A stretch of 64,000 nt of DNA. It comes from Candidatus Margulisiibacteriota bacterium. Its GTDB lineage: Bacteria > Margulisbacteria > Riflemargulisbacteria > GWF2-39-127. Location of the stretch: NCBI GenBank assembly GCA_003242895.1, contig QKMY01000043.1:19106-83105 (forward strand), in the 5' to 3' direction. The notes under the pieces are model-generated. The model was not told the DNA's origin, did not search any database, and saw nothing but the letters and a program-made list of their open reading frames with translations. Positions within the stretch are counted from its first letter, which is position 1, and every line of letters begins with the position of its first letter. Positions 47,973 through 56,934 of the stretch are shown here, piece after piece. A program made the position numbers and the translations under genes.

Positions 47973-47999
47973 AATTTTATATCAACTTAGTATCTAGAC
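47947..47999. repeat. 15-bp perfect inverted repeat GTCTAGATACTAAGT / ACTTAGTATCTAGAC with 23-nt spacer
   Basis: Arms read at 47947-47961 and 47985-47999. No T-tract follows. Confidence 0.9.
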
Positions 48000-48019
48000 T
48001 ATGCATAGGATTAGGAAAT

Positions 48020-49555
48020 ATGGCATTCAATCAAATAATCGATAACATAGATCTGCTACTTACGATTTTACCAGAAGTGGTTAAATCAGCGATAACTCAA
48101 TATCCTGATCATACAAACCTCTATGAGATAGTGCTCGATGTAGGCAGATATCCTGAAGCCCGATTCAAGGGGAATCAAATCGTTAGGCTATCAGAAAATA
48201 AAATCAGGTACGAAGATATTGATTATGTAGTTTCCCGAATCGGATTCTTCACAGCAGATAACAGAGCTGGAATTGAAGGAACACTGCACAGAATATCAGC
48301 CATACGTAACAGACAAGGTAAAATTATCGGACTTACATTGCGTATTGGGCGAGCTATTCAAGGAACAATTGAAGTAATTAGAGATATCGTCAACTTAGGA
48401 AAAAGCATTCTTGTTGTTGGGCCTCCAGGCATGGGAAAAACAACCAAACTTCGTGAAATTTCAAGAGTTATGAGTGACGAATTAAAAAAAAGAGTTATTA
48501 TTGTCGATACTTCGAATGAAATAGGCGGTGATGGAGATATCCCTCATCCAGGTATCGGTGGAGCCCGTAGAATGCAGGTTTCTCATCCTAATCGTCAACA
48601 TGCGGTGATGATTGAAGCCGTCGAAAACCATATGCCTGAAGTAATTGTAATTGACGAAATCGGCACTGAAGAAGAAGCTGCCGCCTCAAGAACAATAGCA
48701 GAAAGAGGCGTAACCTTAGTTGCTACTGCACATGGTAATACAATCGAGAATCTCATGAAAAACCCGACACTTTCAGATCTTGTCGGTGGAATTCAGTCGG
48801 TAACCCTGAGTGATGAAGAGGCTCGACGCAGAGGAACGCAAAAAGCTATTTTAGAACGGAAAGGTCCGCCAACTTTTAGTATCATAGTAGAGATGAGAGA
48901 TATGCATACTCTCGCTATATACAAAGAGGTATCAGATACAATAGACAAACTTCTTCTTGGTAAAAAAGTCAGTCCTGAAATCAGGGTTTTTGATGAAGAA
49001 GGCAAAGTAACAGTTACCCAGCAAGAAATAGAGGTTTCGTTTGAAGAAGAATATAGGCATTACGAAACTGATAAACCTAAAGATGAAAAGGTAACTGCTA
49101 TTTTCCCTTATGCTGTCAATAGAAATCGACTCGAAAGGGCTATTCATTCGATAGATGTGCCGGCGATAGTTGTAAATAACTTAGATGAAGCGAACATTGT
49201 TGTTACAACAAAGTTACAGGCTAAAAACGATTCCCGGTTCGTACAAAAAGTAGCAGATATGAATTTATCACTTCACGTTATTAAAAGTAATACCTCTTCT
49301 CAAATTACAAAATTTCTTCGTTATATCTTTAAAGTTTACACTGATAATGAGATGAAGGACGAAGAAGCTTTAAGAGAAATCAATGATGTGATTGAAAATG
49401 TAATTAAAACTAACAAGCATAAAGACGCAGCTCCTTCGTCACCCTATACCCGAAGATTGCAACATAATTTTGCTGCGGAAAAGGGATTTTATACTGAAAC
49501 TATCGGAGATGAGCCGAATCGTTTTGTTCGTGTCTATCCTGAACATACAGAGTAA
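48020..49555 (+). CDS. AAA ATPase with C-terminal R3H-like domain (Ycf45 / SpoIIIAA-like family)
   Basis: Walker A VVGPPGMGKTT and Walker B VIVIDEIGTEEE. The C-terminus (YTETIGDEPNRFVRVYP) resembles R3H. Confidence 0.7.
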   Translation: MAFNQIIDNIDLLLTILPEVVKSAITQYPDHTNLYEIVLDVGRYPEARFKGNQIVRLSENKIRYEDIDYVVSRIGFFTADNRAGIEGTLHRISAIRNRQGKIIGLTLRIGRAIQGTIEVIRDIVNLGKSILVVGPPGMGKTTKLREISRVMSDELKKRVIIVDTSNEIGGDGDIPHPGIGGARRMQVSHPNRQHAVMIEAVENHMPEVIVIDEIGTEEEAAASRTIAERGVTLVATAHGNTIENLMKNPTLSDLVGGIQSVTLSDEEARRRGTQKAILERKGPPTFSIIVEMRDMHTLAIYKEVSDTIDKLLLGKKVSPEIRVFDEEGKVTVTQQEIEVSFEEEYRHYETDKPKDEKVTAIFPYAVNRNRLERAIHSIDVPAIVVNNLDEANIVVTTKLQAKNDSRFVQKVADMNLSLHVIKSNTSSQITKFLRYIFKVYTDNEMKDEEALREINDVIENVIKTNKHKDAAPSSPYTRRLQHNFAAEKGFYTETIGDEPNRFVRVYPEHTE

Positions 49556-49566
49556 AAGGAATTACA

Positions 49567-50214
49567 ATGTTTATTACTTTCGAAGGTATTGACGGATGTG
49601 GAAAATCTACCCAGATTGATCTATTAGTCAAATATTTACAAGATAAAGGTCAAGAGACTATTATCACCCGAGAACCGGGCGGAACTGAAATTGGGAAACA
49701 GATAAGGAATATCTTATTATCCAGTAATAATAATAAGTTATCGAATCTTACCGAAGTTTTTCTTTTTGCCGCGGACCGGGCACAGCACATTGAGGAAATA
49801 ATTAAACCGGCACTCAACCAGAACAAACTAGTAATCTGTGATCGATATGTAGATTCTACCATCGCATATCAAATCGGAGGAAGAAAACTAGATGAAAATC
49901 TTATAAGTACTATCATCTCATACTCTACAAGAGACCTTAACCCAAACAAGACGTTTCTCCTGGATATTTCGCCGGAAACAGGTCTGAGAAGAGCTAGAAA
50001 GATCAAAACCGCAGACAGGTTTGAACGAGAAACAATCTCTTTTTATGAACGTATTCGAAAAAAATATTTAGAATTAGCAGCTAAAAATTCACAAAGATAC
50101 GTTGTTTTTGACTCAGAAAAATTTTCAATTGCAGAAATCCATGCCCAGATAATCAATACCTTTGAAACGAGTTATAATAAATCAACCAGCGCTCAAGAGC
50201 TAAAGGATCATTAG
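49567..50214 (+). CDS. tmk: thymidylate kinase
   Basis: Motifs FITFEGIDGCGKSTQ, REPGGT and DRY. Confidence 0.9.
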   Translation: MFITFEGIDGCGKSTQIDLLVKYLQDKGQETIITREPGGTEIGKQIRNILLSSNNNKLSNLTEVFLFAADRAQHIEEIIKPALNQNKLVICDRYVDSTIAYQIGGRKLDENLISTIISYSTRDLNPNKTFLLDISPETGLRRARKIKTADRFERETISFYERIRKKYLELAAKNSQRYVVFDSEKFSIAEIHAQIINTFETSYNKSTSAQELKDH

Positions 50215-50226
50215 TCCAAGAGAATT

Positions 50227-51126
50227 ATGCCTAAAGTAAGCATTATAATACCCACATATAACAGATCTCAAAGACTTTCAGAGGCTATCGACTCTGTTAT
50301 TGCTCAAACTTACACAAATATCGAAATCATTGTTATTGACGACGGTTCCACAGATGAAACAGAAGAAATAATAAACTCAAAAAAAGCTTCATTCCCAATA
50401 TTGTATACAAAACAAAAAAATAAAGGCGTTAGTGCTGCACGAAACTACGGGATATCGCTTGCTTCAGGAGATTATATCTGCTTTCTTGACTCTGATGATA
50501 TCTGGTATCCCCAAAAAGTCCAAGTACAGTTAGCAATCATGGAAAAAACACCGGATATACAAATATCTCAGGTACAGGAAGTCTGGATGAGAAAGGGAAA
50601 ACATGTCAACCCGATGAAAAAACACTTAAAACCGTCAGGTGATATTTTTATTCCCTCTCTAAAATTATGTCTTGTAAGCCCTTCAGCAGTAATGATAAAA
50701 AAAACATTATTTACCGAAGTGGGTTTGTTTGACGAAAAAATGCCGGTTTGTGAAGATTATGATCTCTGGCTAAGAATCTCTTATAAATACGGGATTTACC
50801 TGATTCATGATAATCTCATAGAAAAACGCGGAGGCCATGAAGACCAGTTATCAAAAAAATACTGGGGCATGGACCGATTCCGGATCTATTCAATGGAGAA
50901 ATTATTAACAAAAAAGCTAACATATGAAAGAAAAGAAGCTTTATTGTCTGAGCTAAGAATCAAATCAACTGTTGTTCACGAAGGAGCGCGCAACCACAAT
51001 CGATATTTCTTGTTTCTAAAATATAGGATAAAATCCATCAAATACAGAATACTTCATAAAATACTATGGTTTACGAGTATCATTAGCACCCCAGAATATA
51101 ATAATAAAAAAGAGGATAATGGCTAA
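50227..51126 (+). CDS. glycosyltransferase family 2
   Basis: Motifs VSIIIPTYNRSQRLSEAIDSVIAQTY, VIDDGSTD and LDSDD. Confidence 0.8.
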   Translation: MPKVSIIIPTYNRSQRLSEAIDSVIAQTYTNIEIIVIDDGSTDETEEIINSKKASFPILYTKQKNKGVSAARNYGISLASGDYICFLDSDDIWYPQKVQVQLAIMEKTPDIQISQVQEVWMRKGKHVNPMKKHLKPSGDIFIPSLKLCLVSPSAVMIKKTLFTEVGLFDEKMPVCEDYDLWLRISYKYGIYLIHDNLIEKRGGHEDQLSKKYWGMDRFRIYSMEKLLTKKLTYERKEALLSELRIKSTVVHEGARNHNRYFLFLKYRIKSIKYRILHKILWFTSIISTPEYNNKKEDNG

Positions 51127-51252
51127 TAACTTCCCTGACATACAGTGAATACCGATACCGGTCATTTCAACTTACCGAAAATAATCTCCTAAATACACAA
51201 AAAAATATCTCAGATAGCCACTGATAATGGAACAACAAAAGGGGGCAGGAGA

Positions 51253-52062
51253 TTGAAAAAAACAATACTAACTTTGGTCATCCTAGTGTTTCTACTTTCC
51301 GGATTAATGGCTTTTGTTGAACAGCATCAAATCCGTATAAATAGGATAATTATAAAAGATGCCAGTATCCCTCAACAATTTAATAACAAAAAGATAGCTT
51401 TCATCTCTGATATACATTGCGGACCATATTTCTCGATAAAAAGAGTAAGAAACCTCGTAGAAATTATCAACAAATTACACCCTGATATCATTCTTCTTGG
51501 AGGAGATTATGTTTATCGTAACAAAGCGAATATCTATCTTTGCGCAAAAGAATTAAAGGAGTTAAAAGCCCCATTAGGGGTTATCGCTGTTCTTGGAAAT
51601 CATGATTATGGGCAAGGGCCGATTAGCATTAAAAATGTCCTGACAGAAGCAGGAATATTGATTATGGACAATACCGGCAAATGGATTAATGTCGATAATT
51701 CGAGAATAAAGATTGGGGGTCTTGCTGATTTCTGGTGCAGTTCACCGAATATTACAAATATTCTACAGGAAACTTCTGAAAAAGACTTTGTGATGGTTCT
51801 TTCTCATAACCCGGATTTTTCTGAAAGAATTACCTGCAATAGGGTAGATCTGGTCCTGAGTGGGCATACTCATGGCGGACAGATAACCTGCTTTGGTCTG
51901 TGGGCCCCGTTTACCTCTTCTCAATATGGTCAAAAGTATAGATCCGGCGTAGTGCAGACGCCGCATACAAAAGTAGTTATTACCAATGGAATCGGAACAA
52001 CTGGCATGCCATTAAGATTTTTCGCGCCTCCATCAATAGAATTGTTGACACTCAACCACTAA
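51253..52062 (+). CDS. membrane-anchored metallophosphoesterase (calcineurin-like)
   Basis: Hydrophobic N-terminus. Motifs ISDIHCG, GGDYV, GNHDY and GHTHGGQ. Confidence 0.8.
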   Translation: MKKTILTLVILVFLLSGLMAFVEQHQIRINRIIIKDASIPQQFNNKKIAFISDIHCGPYFSIKRVRNLVEIINKLHPDIILLGGDYVYRNKANIYLCAKELKELKAPLGVIAVLGNHDYGQGPISIKNVLTEAGILIMDNTGKWINVDNSRIKIGGLADFWCSSPNITNILQETSEKDFVMVLSHNPDFSERITCNRVDLVLSGHTHGGQITCFGLWAPFTSSQYGQKYRSGVVQTPHTKVVITNGIGTTGMPLRFFAPPSIELLTLNH

Positions 52063-52120
52063 CTATCGGATAATCTGTAAGAGAAAAGATGCTGTTTCGT
52101 CAAAAAAAAAAGTAGAACAG

Positions 52121-52149
52121 ATGACTGATTTGTTCATTAATGGTATAAT
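52121..52149 (+). promoter_or_regulatory. putative promoter ATGACT-N14-TGGTATAAT upstream of yqeY-like gene
   Basis: -35-like hexamer at 52121-52126 and extended -10 at 52141-52149, with 17 nt between the hexamers. Confidence 0.45.
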
Positions 52150-52244
52150 TCTGTGCACGTTGTGCCCGAACCTAGGCAGCTAAAAATCATATGCTTGTTT
52201 GGTAATTTAATTAAAATAATATATAATAAAAAAAGGAGAGATTA

Positions 52245-52676
52245 GTGCTCTACCAAAAGATATCCGATGATATAAAACAATCCATGAAAGAAAAAAATAC
52301 AGCCCGTCTAGAAGTGCTTCGGATGATCAAATCAAAAATAATGACTGTCGACGCACGTGGTGAATTATCTGAGGAGGACATTATTAAGATAATCAAATCC
52401 TACCAAAAGAGCCTGAAGGATGCGATGGAACAAACAACTGCACTAGGCAGAAATGAAGAGGCAAAAACCCTCTCAGAAGAAATAAGAATAGTTGATGAAT
52501 ATCTTCCTAAAATGTTATCGGAAGAAGAACTAAAGAAGCTCATTACAGCGATTATTAACCAAAATGGCTATACCAGCAGCTCAGACTTCGGCAAGGTGAT
52601 GAAAGAACTCAAAACGAAAAACTCCAACATTGATGGAAATACGGCACGTACAATAATTAATGAAATCTTAACGTAG
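52245..52676 (+). CDS. GatB/YqeY domain protein
   Basis: 143 aa. The pattern I..D.K.AMK......L..LRM..S is typical of YqeY. GTG start after AAGGAGA. Confidence 0.8.
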   Translation: MLYQKISDDIKQSMKEKNTARLEVLRMIKSKIMTVDARGELSEEDIIKIIKSYQKSLKDAMEQTTALGRNEEAKTLSEEIRIVDEYLPKMLSEEELKKLITAIINQNGYTSSSDFGKVMKELKTKNSNIDGNTARTIINEILT

Positions 52677-52724
52677 TAGCTCTTATTCAAATACAAATTA
52701 ATATCATAATATAGGTAACAAAAA

Positions 52725-53669
52725 ATGTTGATCATAAATAATTATGCAAAGAAATCAGTGATAGTCATTATCATGTCATTATGTTTATGGTTTATGATAG
52801 GACTCGCGTTTACTGACAATACGATGCCTCCCACAGGTCAGGACTCATGGTTGGTATACGCATTTAAGGATTTATATGACCACGTCAATCAGTACTCGAA
52901 TGGCGGGACAGTTGGAATCTCCATCAAGGATCTCACATCTGAGGAGTATATTTCGATCAATGGCGATATTCAATTTAATCCTGCCAGTGTTATTAAAGTA
53001 CCTGTTATGGCAGAAGTTTTTCATCAATTGGCAAATGGAAAACTCACACTCGACAAATGTATTGTGTTAAAACGGAATAATAAAGTCCCCGGATCAGGAG
53101 GATTATATTATTGCCAAAACGGAAATTCTTATACCATTAAACATCTTGTGGAAAAAATGATTACCGAAAGTGATAATACTGCGACTAATATGTTAATTAA
53201 TTTTGTTGGTATGAATAATATCAATAAATATATGAACAGTTTAGGATTATCTCAAACAGTTATCAAAGATGACACAATGCTCAGCAAAAAACCAGGATAT
53301 CAAAACACAACAACTCCAGATGATATGCTGTTGCTTCTGGATATGATGTATCAAGGAAAGCTAGTAAACAAAAAATATTCCCTGCAAATGCTCGAAATTA
53401 TGTCCGCACAAAAGCATAAATGGGGAATTCGTAAATATTTACCTGAAACTTTAAAAATAGCAAATAAAACAGGTTCACTCAATAGTGTTAGAAATGATAT
53501 CGGCATTATATTTGTGAAAGATAAACCTTATATCTTAACAATATTTGCCAAGCAAATACCCTCTGATTTTGAAGCAACGTTATTTGTACGTACGATTTCT
53601 AAATTAATTTATGATAAGGTCATTAAAACCCAGGAATCAATCAAATTTGCAGCTGATGTGAACAGCTAA
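52725..53669 (+). CDS. class A beta-lactamase-related serine hydrolase with N-terminal membrane anchor
   Basis: SxxK (ASVIK), SDN (TESDNTA) and KTG (ANKTGS) motifs occur in the canonical order. Hydrophobic N-terminus. Confidence 0.7.
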   Translation: MLIINNYAKKSVIVIIMSLCLWFMIGLAFTDNTMPPTGQDSWLVYAFKDLYDHVNQYSNGGTVGISIKDLTSEEYISINGDIQFNPASVIKVPVMAEVFHQLANGKLTLDKCIVLKRNNKVPGSGGLYYCQNGNSYTIKHLVEKMITESDNTATNMLINFVGMNNINKYMNSLGLSQTVIKDDTMLSKKPGYQNTTTPDDMLLLLDMMYQGKLVNKKYSLQMLEIMSAQKHKWGIRKYLPETLKIANKTGSLNSVRNDIGIIFVKDKPYILTIFAKQIPSDFEATLFVRTISKLIYDKVIKTQESIKFAADVNS

Positions 53670-53750
53670 TAATATTATCAAGGGGTTACTTTTGATTGAT
53701 TATTATGCTACTATAGTTCAACTTATCTCAAAACTTATGGATTACTAGTA

Positions 53751-54452
53751 ATGAAAAGAATCAATCGACTATACAGAATCATCAATCATCTAATGGCGAT
53801 AAAGAATCAACCAGGTATTGGGGTTCAAGAATTAGCAAAAAAATGTAACGTATCAGGCAGAACAATTTATAAAGATATTGCTATATTGATTGCCTTAGGG
53901 GTTCCGATATCGACAGATGGCGGATATAATCTGGCACCACACCTTTTCATTCCAAACATAGCATTCACGCTCAATGAAGCTTTTTTCCTAAGAGATACAT
54001 GTTATACGCTGCTGGAAACCGTACATAATAATGAAATGCTTGAACGTATTCTAGAAAAACTAAACTCTGCGATCTATCTTCAAAATTCCCCATTATATGC
54101 ACAAAACAAAAGTCTTTTTGCCACGTTGAAAGAATACCTGACTACTGGAAAAGTCGATAAAATTGCAGAACAGCAACAAAAAGAGATAATTAACGAGATT
54201 ACAATTGCCATTGCCGATTCTTCCTACATCGAGATAAAACACTACAACACTGTAAAAGAGAAGAAAGTCGATGAAATTGTTCAACCGATTAGCCTTATAT
54301 ATCAGAGAAAAGGGTGGATACTTTTGGCAAAAGAAAAAAATAGCAGTTCTATAAAAAATATAAAAACCGAAAACATTGAAGAGATAACCATAACAAATCT
54401 TAAGTATTCGGGATCAAATCTAATGGTGGACTTCTCAGTCCAGGCTTATTAA
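53751..54452 (+). CDS. HTH (DeoR/HTH_11-type) plus WYL-domain transcriptional regulator
   Basis: N-terminal GVQELAKKCNVSGRTIYKDIAIL. C-terminal WYL-like beta-rich region (ISLIYQRKGWILLAKEKN). Confidence 0.6.
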   Translation: MKRINRLYRIINHLMAIKNQPGIGVQELAKKCNVSGRTIYKDIAILIALGVPISTDGGYNLAPHLFIPNIAFTLNEAFFLRDTCYTLLETVHNNEMLERILEKLNSAIYLQNSPLYAQNKSLFATLKEYLTTGKVDKIAEQQQKEIINEITIAIADSSYIEIKHYNTVKEKKVDEIVQPISLIYQRKGWILLAKEKNSSSIKNIKTENIEEITITNLKYSGSNLMVDFSVQAY

Positions 54453-54454
54453 TC

Positions 54455-55231
54455 ATGAAAAGACGATTACAAAAAGACAAACTTCAACCATATTCAATTT
54501 CTGCGCAATATTACGACTTGTTAGCTCAATATATAGATTTCAACGAAATTGTAGATTATCTTGAAGAGATTTTATTTTACAAAGAAATTTCTCCCAAAAA
54601 GGTGCTCGATTTAGGATGTGGAACGGGAATTGCATCACTTATCATGAGCGAGAAAGGCTATAGTGTTACTGGAGTAGATTGCTCCATTGATATGCTTGAT
54701 GTTGCAAAAAACAAGGCAGCCGAAAAAAAAATTAAGATCCCTTTTATACAAGCAAAAATGGAGGAATTCAAAAAAGATGATGAGTTCGATCTTGTTATTA
54801 GTTTATCGGATTGTATAAATCATCTAATTCCACATAAGTTAGTACAGAAAACCTTTCGTAATGTATATGATAGTTTAACTGATGGAGGTATATTTATTTT
54901 TGACATTAATACCCCATATGAGCTGGAACATGTCATGAGTGTTGAGCAAGAAGAAATTATCGGATCGTTAAAGTATACCTGGAGCGGATATTTCGATCAC
55001 AAAGTAGGGATCGGCACATTCATTCAATCATTTTATTCACTTGAAAACGGACAAGAAGTATTTATTGGCAAAGAGGTACATAAAGAACAGGCATATAAAC
55101 CGCGAGAGATCAGAATATGGCTAAAAGATGCCGGATTCAAAAACATTGAATACTATGAAGCTTTCACAAGAGAAAAGCCGGATAAAGTGAATATTGAAAG
55201 AATCTATTTTGTAGCCGAAAAACATGTATAA
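54455..55231 (+). CDS. class I SAM-dependent methyltransferase
   Basis: Motif I VLDLGCGTGIASL, and post-I GVDCSIDML. Starts 2 nt after the WYL regulator stop. Confidence 0.75.
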   Translation: MKRRLQKDKLQPYSISAQYYDLLAQYIDFNEIVDYLEEILFYKEISPKKVLDLGCGTGIASLIMSEKGYSVTGVDCSIDMLDVAKNKAAEKKIKIPFIQAKMEEFKKDDEFDLVISLSDCINHLIPHKLVQKTFRNVYDSLTDGGIFIFDINTPYELEHVMSVEQEEIIGSLKYTWSGYFDHKVGIGTFIQSFYSLENGQEVFIGKEVHKEQAYKPREIRIWLKDAGFKNIEYYEAFTREKPDKVNIERIYFVAEKHV

Positions 55232-55264
55232 TAGGGAATCATCCAAATAGTTACCGGAAAGACA

Positions 55265-56152
55265 TTACGCTAATGTCAAAATTATTGATGGATCGTCTAC
55301 AATAATTGTATGTTCCGCTTGAACAATAACGTCATTTTTCTCAGCGCATAAAGGCTCGTAACTAATAAAAGCCTTTTTATCACTAAGTTCTTTAACGGCA
55401 GGAAGCCATTTTTCAAGGGGGAGACGCTTTGATATCCACCGCAACGAAAGCGGCAGATGCTTAAATGGTTCAATAGCCTGTATAAACTCATCCGAGATTC
55501 CATATTCGTAGAGTAGGTGAGGGCTTTTTAACATAATAATGTAAGGATCGCCCTTTTCATATATGTAACTACTGCGAGGCGCGGCAAACGGCTCTATCGC
55601 AATAATCTGTCCTTTTTCAAGTTTAATTTTTGATTTGTCATTATAGTTCGGGATAAAAGTACCACAATGAAGGTTATTTTCTTTCATTTGATGTCCACCT
55701 AGGTTTTTGATCGGCTTAAACCCCATACGTGTGATGGTTTTTTCTATCGTTTCACCAATCAAGTTAGTACTTACACCTGGCTTTATCATAGCTATTGCTG
55801 CTGCCAAGGCTGCCTCAACAGACTGGACCAGTTTATCGTGTTTTCCGCTAAGGTCAACTGTCAGCGCAGTATCTCCCAGGCATCCCTGATACACGACACC
55901 AACATCAAGTTTAACTACATCTTTTTTATTAAAAACACTTGAATCATTGATCATCGGAGAATAATGAGCGGCAATATTATTAAGAGATAAATTAACCGGA
56001 AATGCAGGATTAGCCCCTTCATTATAAATATATGCCTCAATAGATTCGGCTACATCCAATAGTTTAACGCCGGGCTTTATAAGCCCTTTTCCATATTGCA
56101 AAGCCTTTGCGGCAATAGAACCGGCGATCTTCCAATTTTCCAGATTTTCCAT
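55265..56152 (-). CDS. map: type 2 (archaeal/eukaryotic-type) methionine aminopeptidase
   Basis: 295 aa. Motifs WKIAGSIAAKAL, AFPVNLSLNNIAAHYSP, KLDVGVVYQGCLGDTA and VQAEHTIIV. A helical insert (LSLRWISKRL...) precedes the last metal ligand, as in Pyrococcus-type MetAP. Confidence 0.8.
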   Translation of the reverse strand: MENLENWKIAGSIAAKALQYGKGLIKPGVKLLDVAESIEAYIYNEGANPAFPVNLSLNNIAAHYSPMINDSSVFNKKDVVKLDVGVVYQGCLGDTALTVDLSGKHDKLVQSVEAALAAAIAMIKPGVSTNLIGETIEKTITRMGFKPIKNLGGHQMKENNLHCGTFIPNYNDKSKIKLEKGQIIAIEPFAAPRSSYIYEKGDPYIIMLKSPHLLYEYGISDEFIQAIEPFKHLPLSLRWISKRLPLEKWLPAVKELSDKKAFISYEPLCAEKNDVIVQAEHTIIVDDPSIILTLA

Positions 56153-56302
56153 AGTTAACTCCCGGGATCTTAGTTATTCTCTTTATCAAAATCTTATTAT
56201 TTACTGATCATTATTATAGAAAAAATATTTGATTTTATTATATCTTCTGTATACTATTAGGGCAAGCTGACAAAAAGTCTAATATTGATCAATGGAGATA
56301 AA

Positions 56303-56842
56303 ATGAAAACTTACTTTCACAATGAACAGATTATTTATGATGGCAGCAATCTGCAATCGCTATATGCCTACAAAAACTTTGACGTAAATGGCGATAGTGT
56401 AATATCCTTTACCGGACCATGCCTGGTTGATGAACATCTTGTCGATATTGAAGATAAGAAAGCACACGCATTCATACGATCCGATAATATGGTGCATTTT
56501 ATTATAGAACATTTTGATATCTCTTTAACAGAAACGATTTTTCGTCAAAGATTGTTCATTGCGATAATAAGAGACTACCTAGGTTCAAAAGTGATTCGTA
56601 AAGGTGATGATTTATTCTATGATGAAGGAAAATTATCAGTATCTATTGCAACCCAAACTCCAGTATCTACGATTATACATACAGGAATCAATATCATCAC
56701 TGATAATACACCAATACATACTGCTTCGCTTTCGGAACTCTCTATTGATCCGTCTACGTTTGCAAAAGCAATAATGACGCTATACAAAGAAGAAATCGAG
56801 GATATTTACTTTGCCCGCCGTAAAGTAAGAGGTGTAATCTAA
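56303..56842 (+). CDS. conserved hypothetical protein (possibly DUF366-like)
   Basis: Clean ORF of about 180 aa; ATG at 56303, open from TTG 56285. The DUF366 family call rests on vague recollection only. Confidence 0.35.
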   Translation: MKTYFHNEQIIYDGSNLQSLYAYKNFDVNGDSVISFTGPCLVDEHLVDIEDKKAHAFIRSDNMVHFIIEHFDISLTETIFRQRLFIAIIRDYLGSKVIRKGDDLFYDEGKLSVSIATQTPVSTIIHTGINIITDNTPIHTASLSELSIDPSTFAKAIMTLYKEEIEDIYFARRKVRGVI

Positions 56843-56916
56843 ATATGCAACAGATTTTGGCTTGCCGACAGATAAACTGCTTCATGCTTTAACTGCATAC
56901 ACAATAGCAGATATAT

Positions 56917-56934
56917 AATTGGGACAATTGGGAC
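56917..56934 (+). repeat. perfect tandem 9-mer AATTGGGAC x2
   Basis: Read at 56917-56925 and 56926-56934, immediately after a TATAAT hexamer (56914-56919). Confidence 0.9.
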
